In this document: one piece after another, positions 22,523-30,669 of the stretch | Position numbering within the stretch: the first letter of the stretch is position 1 | How the letters are laid out: each line of letters starts with the position of its first letter | Origin: a candidate division WWE3 bacterium RIFOXYD1_FULL_39_9 | GTDB lineage: Bacteria; Patescibacteriota; WWE3; UBA101185; UBA10185 | Assembly: GCA_001773295.1 (NCBI GenBank) | Contig: MEWG01000047.1 | Location: 1-32,212 of the forward strand | Length of the DNA: 32,212 nt | Direction: 5' to 3' | Position numbers and translations under genes: made by a program | The notes under the pieces: generated by a model | What the model saw: the letters and a program-made list of their open reading frames with translations, nothing else | What the model was told of the DNA's origin: nothing | Database searches by the model: none

Positions 22523-22789
22523 TTATCTCATAGCAGATGAAGTATACGAACCAACACCAAGAACAAAACCGAAGTCATACCAGCTGCCATTATTATAGAC
22601 AGCATAGACAGCAGTAGAATCACTAAACAAAGATACAATAAAAGAAATAGGAATAATCATTCCATGCCATAAGCCACTCCAGAAACCTACTTGATTCATA
22701 GTCAATGCAAATTGACAATCAACTTTATCTGCACAAGAAGTAATAAGCAATAAAAAAAACAAAGAAGTAATCAATTTAATGTGTTTCAT
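22523..22789 (-). CDS. Small lipoprotein/membrane protein
   Basis: 88 aa. Signal peptide with lipobox MKHIKLITSLFFLLLITSC, followed by hydrophobic segments. Its ATG overlaps the HNH stop (ATGA). Confidence 0.55.
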   Translation of the reverse strand: MKHIKLITSLFFLLLITSCADKVDCQFALTMNQVGFWSGLWHGMIIPISFIVSLFSDSTAVYAVYNNGSWYDFGFVLGVGSYTSSAMR

Positions 22790-23037
22790 TTTTTTCTCCT
22801 TTCTTTTTCATCATTTCTATGCCAAGATTTTTCGCATGGCCAGCACGTTAACATAAGATTGTCAGGATCATTTGTTCCGCCATCTTTTCTATGCTTTATA
22901 TGGTGGATATGCCCTTTCATTTTTCCATTGTTCTCTTTGCTGCCTTTCTCCAAATACAATGCGCAGCCACATCGCTTGCATTTTTTACCATCTCTTTCAA
23001 AGACAAATTTCTTTCGTGCTTGAGATTGTCCAGACAT
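22786..23037 (-). CDS. HNH endonuclease
   Basis: 83 aa. CKRCGC...HIHHIKHRKDGGTNDPDNLMLTCWPCEKSWH (HNH with flanking CxxC pairs). Confidence 0.8.
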   Translation of the reverse strand: MSGQSQARKKFVFERDGKKCKRCGCALYLEKGSKENNGKMKGHIHHIKHRKDGGTNDPDNLMLTCWPCEKSWHRNDEKERRKK

Positions 23038-23045
23038 GGTACTCT

Positions 23046-23076
23046 ATTATAATAGATTTAGTTGAAAAAATAAAAG
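23046..23076 (-). promoter_or_regulatory. Conserved promoter-like motif, copy 3 (upstream of the HNH gene)
   Basis: Minus strand reads CTTTTATTTTTTCAACTAAATCTATTATAAT. Only 8 nt (AGAGTACC) separate TATAAT from the HNH ATG, with no SD, which implies a leaderless or near-leaderless mRNA. Confidence 0.5.
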
Positions 23077-23970
23077 CTATGTAGGCATGAGTCTAAGCAT
23101 GGAGTCGATATCGTTTAAAGCTTCTCTCATATCTAATTCTTTAAATATCTCTTTTAGTTTTGGCTTATTCAAGACTCCGCGCTTTATATTCTTAGATATG
23201 TTTTCTGGCTTATCTACCATCTCTGTATTTTTTAAATCCATTAATCTCTTTGACAATTCAAAAGACTTTAAATCATCAAATGCTTTTCTTTCAAATTTAT
23301 TTGGAGAGTATTGGCCAGCCATAACAGCTTTTCTAAACGCTCTATAGGAGCCGAACTTTTGCATAATAGACAAAGCTGTTTTTTCTCCAACACCAAAGCA
23401 GCCTGGAATATTATCTCCACTATCTCCTGTCATGGATCGATAGTCCAACCACTGACAGGGGCGCAATCCTTTTACTCTTTTGAAGTTGCTTGAATTTAGA
23501 TATCTGACTTTGGCAATCGATACAGGGTTATATATACTGACATCTTCGTTTATTAATTGATAGAAGTCTTTGTCAGAAGAAACAATTACTACATCCTGCT
23601 CTTTAGTTTCTTGGGCGAAAATAGCAATGACATCATCTGCTTCGGTATTGTGTAGCTCAAAGTAGTCAATAGGAAAGCATAGCAACATCTCCTTAATCTT
23701 AGGCATTTGTAAGTGTAGTTGTTTGATCTTTTCTTCATCTTTGATTTTGTCTCTTTCTTTATAGGCAGGATATAGCTTCTTTCTTTTGATGGAGTGTCCC
23801 CCATCAAATACTATCATTACTTTGTCAACATGACTAAATTTATCTAAGTAATGATATAGCGATTCAAAGAAGCCATATATGGCTTGGGTAGGAAAACCTT
23901 TTTTGGAGGAAAGTGTTTGGGAGGTATTGCAAACGAAAGCAATATTGTTTCCGTCGAGGATTAGAATCAT
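23077..23970 (-). CDS. 5'-3' exonuclease / flap endonuclease (Pol I N-terminal domain family)
   Basis: 297 aa. ILDGNNIAF, YPAYKERD, TEADDVIA, SSDKDFYQL and GDSGDNIPGCFGVGEKTA (H3TH). Confidence 0.85.
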   Translation of the reverse strand: MILILDGNNIAFVCNTSQTLSSKKGFPTQAIYGFFESLYHYLDKFSHVDKVMIVFDGGHSIKRKKLYPAYKERDKIKDEEKIKQLHLQMPKIKEMLLCFPIDYFELHNTEADDVIAIFAQETKEQDVVIVSSDKDFYQLINEDVSIYNPVSIAKVRYLNSSNFKRVKGLRPCQWLDYRSMTGDSGDNIPGCFGVGEKTALSIMQKFGSYRAFRKAVMAGQYSPNKFERKAFDDLKSFELSKRLMDLKNTEMVDKPENISKNIKRGVLNKPKLKEIFKELDMREALNDIDSMLRLMPT

Positions 23971-24222
23971 TTAACTAATCTTCCATTTCATTTGTCTACA
24001 CAAACGAACCGCTTCTTTCTTTGTCTTCTTTGCATCCATCCAAAAGTCATAATTATCAACAACAAAAATTGCCCATAGTGTTTCGCCGGTTTCGTTTGTT
24101 TGAGAAATGTGTACGTTTAGATTTCGCTTCAAGGCATATTGAATTGCTTCTTCATAAAAATAAGAAGACTTTTCTTTAAGTTCTTTTGCCCATTCTGTTT
24201 GTTCTATTTCTTCTCTGGTCAT
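23971..24222 (-). CDS. Hypothetical protein
   Basis: 83-aa ORF abutting the FEN gene start. No motif recognised. Confidence 0.45.
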   Translation of the reverse strand: MTREEIEQTEWAKELKEKSSYFYEEAIQYALKRNLNVHISQTNETGETLWAIFVVDNYDFWMDAKKTKKEAVRLCRQMKWKIS

Positions 24223-24225
24223 ATC

Positions 24226-24585
24226 TCACACAAGAATAATTTTGTTTTTAGGTTTCAACTTCTTAAACTTCTTTATTGTATCTTCTGTTCCGCCTGTTCT
24301 GTCTTGCGAAACACAAGCAATAAGTATATCTGAATCTTGAGCAATGAAAGAATTTCTAATGTGGCCAGCAGACTTTCCAAGCAAGCTCCACTTAGCATAA
24401 TAAATTGTAATAGGAACTTGCTTGGATTTAGCTATGTACTCTGCAAAGGCATCACCACCTTCAGAACAACCACCAGAAACGATTTCATCTCCATCTTCAT
24501 ATATAGATTGAAATGCTTTGATGACTAAGTTTTTATCAGCAAAAGTGTTTCTTCTTCTTGAGCCGATGATGCCTATCTTTTTCAT
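24226..24585 (-). CDS. SLOG-superfamily protein (DUF2493/DprA-LOG-like)
   Basis: 119 aa. IGIIGSRR, VSGGCSEGGDAFAE, GKSAGHIRN and RTGGTEDTI follow the DUF2493 SLOG pattern. Confidence 0.55.
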   Translation of the reverse strand: MKKIGIIGSRRRNTFADKNLVIKAFQSIYEDGDEIVSGGCSEGGDAFAEYIAKSKQVPITIYYAKWSLLGKSAGHIRNSFIAQDSDILIACVSQDRTGGTEDTIKKFKKLKPKNKIILV

Positions 24586-24587
24586 AA

Positions 24588-25805
24588 CTACTTTTTCCTT
24601 CGTCTTGTAGTTACTGGTTTTTCTTCTTCAATGACTTCCTCTTCGCCGCTCATATCCACAGTTTCAACTTCTTCTTCTACAGATGATTCGTCCACAACTT
24701 CATCTTCAACAGTCTCTTCTGTTTCTTCTTCGGTAGATTCAAACAAGCATACGCAATGTTCAAAATCTTCGGCACAGAATTTCAGACGTTCTCCAAGTTG
24801 AACAGTTGAAAGATGCTTCAAAATATCTGCAAGTAAAGTAGGATGTACTTTGATTGAATTTTCTTTTCCTTTATAATCGATTTCAATCTTTTCTGTAACA
24901 GAACCGAGAGGGCCTTTGCCAATACAAGTAAGTTTATCTTTGGAGAATACCATTTCAATAGCGCGGTCTTGGTCAAACTCTTCTGTAACAAGAGTTTCAA
25001 CACGCCGAATAACATCTCCAGTTCCTTGCGGCAATGCTACTTGATCCCCATCGACATCAAAGAACCCCCAAATCTGCTCTGGATATTCTCCGCCAAGAAC
25101 ACGACAAGAGATAACTGTGTTCTCGTTATTCATGAAGTGCATCCAGGCATCTTCTACAATATACTTTGTAGGATTGTATGTCTTCATGTGCTTGGCAACA
25201 TTAGCGGGCAGCAGAAAGTCTTTAGCAATGTTGTCATTGAGATAGAACATAGTACCCCTGTAGCCGTCACAGGAGATAGCAAAAGCCTTATCATCGTCTT
25301 GCACAAAGAAAATGCAAGTCAGTTCTGGCTTTGTGATATTCTTCGATGCAGAGAAGACGCAAAACGTAGCCGCCTTAGAAAAGTTCGAAGGAAGCTTCAT
25401 CCACTTTTTACTATTGCTTTCTGGCGGATTAGCTCCTTGCTGTCTTGTAGTTTGAATTGTTTTAATGATAGCTTCGAATCGATTGTTGTCAGAGATAAAA
25501 ACTTTATCTTCTTTCTGGTCAATAAAGACTTCATCAAAAGGAAGTTTGGCAATCAAGTCGTAAAACTCTTGCGCTTTAATACTTCCAGTAATGCCTGAAT
25601 TGAACTTCTGAGCTACAGAGATTTCATCATTGTCAGTCCAGATTCTATCTGGAGAAAAGTTAAAGTGAGTGCTGTTCTCTACCACCTCCTTATTTGCAAT
25701 TCCTGGGCGCACTTTTACCAATGCGTCAAGCAGATGCTTTCGATTGATTTTGTTTTTCGTTTCTGTTTCTTTTTGCTGAGTTGTTGCAGTTTTTCTTTTA
25801 GCCAT
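24588..25805 (-). CDS. Sliding clamp (DnaN/beta-like), tentative
   Basis: 405 aa, of which ~340 aa is core, with a basic N-terminal tail and a very acidic C-terminal tail. The N-terminal pattern LLDALVKV...THFNFSPDRIWTDNDEISV resembles the DnaN domain I start. Sits among replisome genes. Confidence 0.5.
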   Translation of the reverse strand: MAKRKTATTQQKETETKNKINRKHLLDALVKVRPGIANKEVVENSTHFNFSPDRIWTDNDEISVAQKFNSGITGSIKAQEFYDLIAKLPFDEVFIDQKEDKVFISDNNRFEAIIKTIQTTRQQGANPPESNSKKWMKLPSNFSKAATFCVFSASKNITKPELTCIFFVQDDDKAFAISCDGYRGTMFYLNDNIAKDFLLPANVAKHMKTYNPTKYIVEDAWMHFMNNENTVISCRVLGGEYPEQIWGFFDVDGDQVALPQGTGDVIRRVETLVTEEFDQDRAIEMVFSKDKLTCIGKGPLGSVTEKIEIDYKGKENSIKVHPTLLADILKHLSTVQLGERLKFCAEDFEHCVCLFESTEEETEETVEDEVVDESSVEEEVETVDMSGEEEVIEEEKPVTTRRRKK

Positions 25806-26721
25806 TTAAGTTAGTCTCCTTTTTTATTTTAGAAAAAAATGATTTCTTGATATACATATTTGATTTTTTGGTATGGCCGCTTCCTAAAATAGTGCGATTA
25901 TAAAACCAAGACATTATTCTTAATCTCTCTTGCTCGGACCATCCAAGTTCTTTTTGTTCTTCTGTTATCTTGTTTTTATACATAGCGTCCGATCTTCTAA
26001 ACCACATAGGAATAGGCATGATGCCACTTTTTTCTATAAACATGCATCTTGCCCATGCCTCTTGCGGATCGGAATTAAAACCAATAAGAGCATAAGACCT
26101 TATATTAGAACGCTTGACGCCTAAATCAGTAAGCAGTTTGACCGCTGAAATCCATTTGTCTATATAAGAATTATCATCAAGGGCTATTCGTAAAACAGCT
26201 TTTTTGATTCTGGCGAATTGTCTCGCGTGATACTTCGTTAAAATTCTAACGTCGATGCCGCCATTAAAATCAGCCCATCCCCACTCATCTACCAGCCCAT
26301 TAATAACCTTTTGAAAATGACTTCCAGACGAAGCCAAGATATTGTTGTCGCAAACGATAGGTAGGTTTGGCCATTCATCAAGTTCTGTAAACTTGCCTTC
26401 TGTTTTTCTTACAAGACAGAACTTGCACTTCCTTATACACCCATAGGTTGTTTTGGTTGCCAGCGGTTCGAATCTCTGTAAAACTCCTTTGATATCTCCC
26501 GTATCGACAGTAACTCCAGAAATACCAGAAAGAAAAGAAGGCATAGCCTTAACAGCAGGGCCACCAACTACAACAGGAGAAAACTTATAAGAAGTTTTCA
26601 AGTGTGATTTTAATTTAGGAAGTAGCCAAGTGAATGGGACGCTTATAAAAGTCGTCCCATTCACTTCCCACTGTATCCAAGACTTTGGCCACTTTGCTTT
26701 TCTATACTTTTGCTTGTTCAA
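25798..26721 (-). CDS. Radical SAM enzyme with short N-terminal B12-binding-like region
   Basis: 307 aa. CxxxCxxC cluster motif YGCIRKCKFC at nt 26416-26439. VVVGGPAV lies upstream. ATGA overlap with the upstream gene and an 8-nt overlap with the clamp gene. Confidence 0.65.
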   Translation of the reverse strand: MNKQKYRKAKWPKSWIQWEVNGTTFISVPFTWLLPKLKSHLKTSYKFSPVVVGGPAVKAMPSFLSGISGVTVDTGDIKGVLQRFEPLATKTTYGCIRKCKFCLVRKTEGKFTELDEWPNLPIVCDNNILASSGSHFQKVINGLVDEWGWADFNGGIDVRILTKYHARQFARIKKAVLRIALDDNSYIDKWISAVKLLTDLGVKRSNIRSYALIGFNSDPQEAWARCMFIEKSGIMPIPMWFRRSDAMYKNKITEEQKELGWSEQERLRIMSWFYNRTILGSGHTKKSNMYIKKSFFSKIKKETNLNG

Positions 26722-27407
26722 ATTTTGCCTTTTTCAATGCGATATTTATAGGTAGCAACATGCAGGTGGGTGGTTACGGCGCCTTGGAAATTCTTTCTAA
26801 CAAGGTCTGCAATTTGTTGATTGGTCATACTTTTAAACTTGCCAGACTTGACACCTTCAGCGATGAATTTGCCGACTCCAATGGGTTTTTTGCCATTTTG
26901 TTTGTCTGGTTTTTTTGTTACTTCTTTTTCTACATCATTCTTTTTTGTCTCTGCCTTGGTGTCTTCTTTCCCCTTTTCTTTTTTAGGTTTTTTGGTTTCC
27001 GCTACTTTCTTTTCAGGCTCCGGCTCGACTGGTTTGGTTTCAACTACCGGCTCCACTTTCGCTTTAGCTTTCCCGCCTTTCTTTTTCGCGGCTTTCTCAA
27101 CAACAGGAGCTTCTTCTACAACAGACTCATCAATCTTTTCAGGTTCGCATACACAGGGGACTCCAAACAGATTGGCAACATCAATATCAAGAACGCGCAT
27201 CAATTCAATTTCATCAGCAGAGAATTTGTCCTTGTCTTCTGGAAGCAGATCTTCATTTGCAGTTTTAATAATCTCTTCTGTCATTGCTTTTATAGTATGG
27301 GTTTTCTTTGTATCATACATAATAGGATCATCTGGAGAAAGAATCTTCTCGTTAAAAGTCTTCACCAGTCCAGCAAGCATAGCTTTTGTAACATCGGATT
27401 TGTTCAT
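26718..27407 (-). CDS. Lys/Glu/Pro-rich hypothetical protein, possibly DNA-binding
   Basis: The preferred start is MNKSDVTKAM at 27407, with AAGGA 8 nt upstream. The track start at 27473 would put the conserved TATTATAAT promoter box inside the first codons (MSYYND). Central KKPKKEKGKE-type low complexity. Confidence 0.5.
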   Translation of the reverse strand: MNKSDVTKAMLAGLVKTFNEKILSPDDPIMYDTKKTHTIKAMTEEIIKTANEDLLPEDKDKFSADEIELMRVLDIDVANLFGVPCVCEPEKIDESVVEEAPVVEKAAKKKGGKAKAKVEPVVETKPVEPEPEKKVAETKKPKKEKGKEDTKAETKKNDVEKEVTKKPDKQNGKKPIGVGKFIAEGVKSGKFKSMTNQQIADLVRKNFQGAVTTHLHVATYKYRIEKGKI

Positions 27408-27458
27408 GAAGCATTCCTTTCGAGTATGTTTTTTAGTATGTGGTAGCGGATTCATATC

Positions 27459-27488
27459 ATTATAATAAGACATTCCAAAAAAATAAAG
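27459..27488 (-). promoter_or_regulatory. Conserved promoter-like motif, copy 4
   Basis: Minus strand reads CTTTATTTTTTTGGAATGTCTTATTATAAT. Confidence 0.5.
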
Positions 27489-27512
27489 GGCATCAAAAAA
27501 TAAATTTATTTT

Positions 27513-28127
27513 TCAAAAGCTATTGATTTCGTTGCATTTTTCCTCGGCTATTCTTTTTTTAACTATTTGGTAACACTCGTTTGAGCAATACTTTCTTTTT
27601 CTAAAAGCCCAAATTTGTTCAAGTTTGCCACTGTCATATCTTTTTCTTTTGATTTGTTTCTTGCATTCTTCACAATATATAATAGGTTCACAAAATTTGC
27701 GCGGTCTATTTGTTCCGCCAATTGGATTTATATCACCTGTTTTTGCAAGCTTTCTTCTTATCGTGCCGGTACTAACTTTTATTTTTTTGCTTATAGCTGT
27801 CAGGCTCATTTTCTTTTCATCATATAAATATCTAAGCCAAGCACAAAAATCATCCTCAAAGCCAGCTTCTCTGCTGAGAAACATTAGTTTATAATCTGTT
27901 TGATTCTTTGTTTGGTATGTATCATCTATAGATACATCTTTTAAAAGTTCCCATCTTTCTTTATCTTCTAATATATATCGAGGCAGCAGCCGAGAATCTT
28001 CGATAGAATAATCATATAAAATTCTTACGATGCAATAAAGACAATCATGGAATTTATCTTTATCTTCGTCCTTATTTTCACAATCAGCGCAAGGACTTCT
28101 TCTGGCTGGTGGAGTCATTGATATCAT
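27513..28127 (-). CDS. HTH plus zinc-finger DNA-binding protein
   Basis: 204 aa. CADCEN...HDCLYC, the HTH-like MSLTAISKKIKVSTGTIRRKLAKTG, and the FCS-type finger CEECKK...KYCSNEC. ATGA overlap with the helicase stop. Confidence 0.5.
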   Translation of the reverse strand: MISMTPPARRSPCADCENKDEDKDKFHDCLYCIVRILYDYSIEDSRLLPRYILEDKERWELLKDVSIDDTYQTKNQTDYKLMFLSREAGFEDDFCAWLRYLYDEKKMSLTAISKKIKVSTGTIRRKLAKTGDINPIGGTNRPRKFCEPIIYCEECKKQIKRKRYDSGKLEQIWAFRKRKYCSNECYQIVKKRIAEEKCNEINSF

Positions 28128-29668
28128 TTACCCCACCATGAATCCAGATATGGCCTTCCGATAGAAAGACAATTTAAAATCCACAATTGACCAGTAGCAG
28201 AGTATTCGTCATCTCTTTTTTTGCCCAATAGAATACGGTATAAACCAGAATCCTTTTCTTGTTCTTTCTGATTTACCATCATAGATAAATCGCATTCGTT
28301 TAAACCAGCAACACCTTCTTGCCAGTTACCACGCTTTAAATCTTTGCCGTCTCTTACTGTGTTTCCTTGGTGGCCTGTTATGGCGAGTATATTTCTTTCC
28401 TGCGCGATAGATTTATGATCGATAAAGACATCTTCTATTCCATGTCTTTTCTCTGAATATCTTTGGGACGGTATCATCTTATTTGCATAGTCTGTTATCA
28501 GAATGCTTGGGATAATATTCTCATACTCTTCTAAGTTTTGAAGATACATTCTCAAATCATCCATGGACTTTGATCTGGCCGGCCAGCGAACAAAGATAAA
28601 CTTTCCTGCTCTCTTGTTTATTCTATCAAACAAATTGCGAATTTTTAGAGCACTTGGTAGGTCCAGCTTCTTTCTCTTCTCTTTCTTCATAAAAGTCGAA
28701 GGCTCGAAAGAAAACCTTTGTTTATTATTAGTGTTCTGGCAAGCTGTACACGGTTTATAATCCGTTGGATAGTTATCAGGGGTGCAAGCAGTACCAGCTA
28801 AACTTATTAAACTCTTTTTATTTGTTCTACTGTTCGGATGTGGGCACAACCCGTTCTGATTTAGATTGCAGTCCCATTGCGGAATATAAATTCTGCCTTC
28901 TTTCTTCGGCAGTCCAGTTACCCATTGATAAGAGCGAGTAACGATCTGTGGCTGGCTCATTTCAAAAGAGACATAAAGAACATCTTGCCCGCTCATGACT
29001 CCCCACCAAGCACACTGTAGGAGCCACCAGGACTTTCCTACTCCTGTATTACCGACAAAAGCGACAAGCATTTCTCTTTCAAGATCGCCAACTATTCTAC
29101 CAAATTCTCCAGGAAATTTGAGCACTACCCGATTAGAAGAGTTTTCGGAAAAGGTTTCTACCAGCGGATCAATATCTCTAAATATATCTATTCCTCTTGT
29201 CTTTTGGCGAACAACTCTTTGGTATGTTTTCGCCAGCGCTTCTCCTTCTTCTATATTATTGCTTATGATAGATTTATTTAGAGACACCCTCAAATCGTCC
29301 AAAGAACAAAGCCTGAAATGTTCTTCGGTTTGTTTGAGAAGATATTCAACATTTAAATTTCCTGCTTGCTCATACTCTTCTGATATCTCTGTGAGAAAGT
29401 CTGTTATTTCATCTGCTGTTTCTTGCTGGAAATTTACTTTTGTTTTTGCGTGAAAGATATCTTGAATGTGTAGTCCTGGGCATAGCTTAAACTCTTGATA
29501 GTATTCAAGGCACCATTCCGCAATCGTCTTTACGAATTTAAGTTTTAAAGAGTTTTGTCTGTATATCTCTTTTACTTGCCTCAAATAGTCCGAGTTGGTA
29601 ATCATCGCTGTTACGATACGCCGTTCAAGCCTATTATCCGGCGGCTTTAACCTTGAAATGATTGGCAT
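28124..29668 (-). CDS. dnaB: DnaB-family replicative helicase
   Basis: 514 aa. N-terminal helical domain, then FVGNTGVGKSWW (Walker A), LYVSFEMSQPQIVTRS, ILITDYANKM (Walker B) and ITGHQGN. A Cys-rich ~90-aa insertion (CNLNQNGLC...CTPDN...CTACQ) lies within the RecA fold. Confidence 0.75.
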   Translation of the reverse strand: MPIISRLKPPDNRLERRIVTAMITNSDYLRQVKEIYRQNSLKLKFVKTIAEWCLEYYQEFKLCPGLHIQDIFHAKTKVNFQQETADEITDFLTEISEEYEQAGNLNVEYLLKQTEEHFRLCSLDDLRVSLNKSIISNNIEEGEALAKTYQRVVRQKTRGIDIFRDIDPLVETFSENSSNRVVLKFPGEFGRIVGDLEREMLVAFVGNTGVGKSWWLLQCAWWGVMSGQDVLYVSFEMSQPQIVTRSYQWVTGLPKKEGRIYIPQWDCNLNQNGLCPHPNSRTNKKSLISLAGTACTPDNYPTDYKPCTACQNTNNKQRFSFEPSTFMKKEKRKKLDLPSALKIRNLFDRINKRAGKFIFVRWPARSKSMDDLRMYLQNLEEYENIIPSILITDYANKMIPSQRYSEKRHGIEDVFIDHKSIAQERNILAITGHQGNTVRDGKDLKRGNWQEGVAGLNECDLSMMVNQKEQEKDSGLYRILLGKKRDDEYSATGQLWILNCLSIGRPYLDSWWGK

Positions 29669-29674
29669 AGTATA

Positions 29675-30415
29675 TCAATTTTTCCCAAGATACCAGTTTT
29701 GAATAAACTCTTCTTTTGAAGAGTTTTTAATTTTTTGATCTTTCCATACTCTTGCCTCAAAGAGTTTTGACATTGCTCTTTCAAAAGCTAAATACATTTT
29801 CGGCCATTTGTTTTTATGTTTAAGCAATTTCGCTTGATTTTTACCGCATATAAAAGGACAAACTACACAACCAATTCTATTAAATCCTTCATCATATAAA
29901 TTACAATACTTTAAATTATTTATTTCTATATAATCCCATATTTCCCACTCTGAAAATTTAAATATAGGTTTATAAATAATATTCTTTTGAAATTTATCTA
30001 TTCTTGGTTTTTGTCTTCTTTTAAAAGATTCTTCTGCCCTTAGCCCCATTAATCTATGTTTAAGTTCTATTTTTTTTGCAGGAATCTTTTTCAGGGCATC
30101 GCAACACCATCGAAACTTCTTCGTAGGATATCCCTTTTTTACAATCAATTCATAAAAAGATTTCTCTGGCCTTAAAAATATTACTTCTGGATAATTTTGT
30201 TTAATGAATTTAACAACTTCTGGAGGATCAATTCCGGTTGCAGAATAGTAGCTCTGATATTTAACTCCAGAAACTTTCGTTAAATGCTCAAGAACAACAG
30301 AGTCTTTACCTCCAGAAAATCCAAGAAAATAACCTTCAGGCGGTTCATTCTTTTTTATAAACTCTATCGCTTCTATATAAGGATCAAAATAACATCTTAG
30401 TTTATCTTTTGGCAT
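29675..30415 (-). CDS. PAPS-reductase-family PP-loop ATPase (second paralog)
   Basis: 246 aa. GFSGGKDSVVLEHL, FRWCCDALK, GLRAEESFKR and GCVVCPF. Confidence 0.75.
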   Translation of the reverse strand: MPKDKLRCYFDPYIEAIEFIKKNEPPEGYFLGFSGGKDSVVLEHLTKVSGVKYQSYYSATGIDPPEVVKFIKQNYPEVIFLRPEKSFYELIVKKGYPTKKFRWCCDALKKIPAKKIELKHRLMGLRAEESFKRRQKPRIDKFQKNIIYKPIFKFSEWEIWDYIEINNLKYCNLYDEGFNRIGCVVCPFICGKNQAKLLKHKNKWPKMYLAFERAMSKLFEARVWKDQKIKNSSKEEFIQNWYLGKN

Positions 30416-30423
30416 AGTATATC

Positions 30424-30669
30424 TTATCTTCTATCAGAAGCATAGATTATTTGTTGAATAGGAATACCGAGAAGTTCTTTTAATTTTCTATCTATAAATG
30501 GGTGTGTATATGAACCAGCTTGAATTAAATTATCATAGCTTTCTCTGGCTTTACACGCTCCGCAAGTAGCATTGCGGACTTTAGAGATGCCAAACAAATG
30601 AATACCGCATTCATTGCATGGGCTAACCGGCTCTATACCTTTGATCGCGATAGTGCGTACTTGTTCCAT
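30424..30669 (-). CDS. Small Cys-rich (zinc-ribbon-like) protein
   Basis: 81 aa. CNECG...CGACK. Overlaps the sigma gene end by 37 nt. Confidence 0.4.
   Translation of the reverse strand: MEQVRTIAIKGIEPVSPCNECGIHLFGISKVRNATCGACKARESYDNLIQAGSYTHPFIDRKLKELLGIPIQQIIYASDRR

Noticed and set aside
24969-25598. A 209-aa plus-strand ORF antisense to the clamp-like gene.
   Set aside because: No recognisable motif, no SD, and the only plus-strand candidate in a strictly unidirectional operon. Most likely a chance antisense frame. It would only merit revisiting if conserved independently of the sense gene.
26465-26474. A GGTTCGAATC T-loop-like string on the plus strand, which could indicate a second tRNA.
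   Set aside because: The flanking bases do not form a T stem or an acceptor stem, and the string lies inside the radical SAM coding sequence.
26685-27465. Two very long plus-strand ORFs (253 aa and 214 aa) antisense to the Lys/Glu-rich gene, so three frames are open over the same ~700 nt.
   Set aside because: The sense strand is extremely purine-rich (AAA/GAA/AAG codons). Its complement is therefore pyrimidine-rich and cannot form TAA, TAG or TGA. The products are F/L/S low-complexity strings, there is no RBS, and they run against the uniform minus-strand gene orientation.
27496-27513. The AT-only palindrome AAAAATAAATTTATTTTT after the stop of 27513..28127, considered as a terminator.
   Set aside because: An all-A/T stem is too weak to call an intrinsic terminator. 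It may just be part of the T-rich promoter context.
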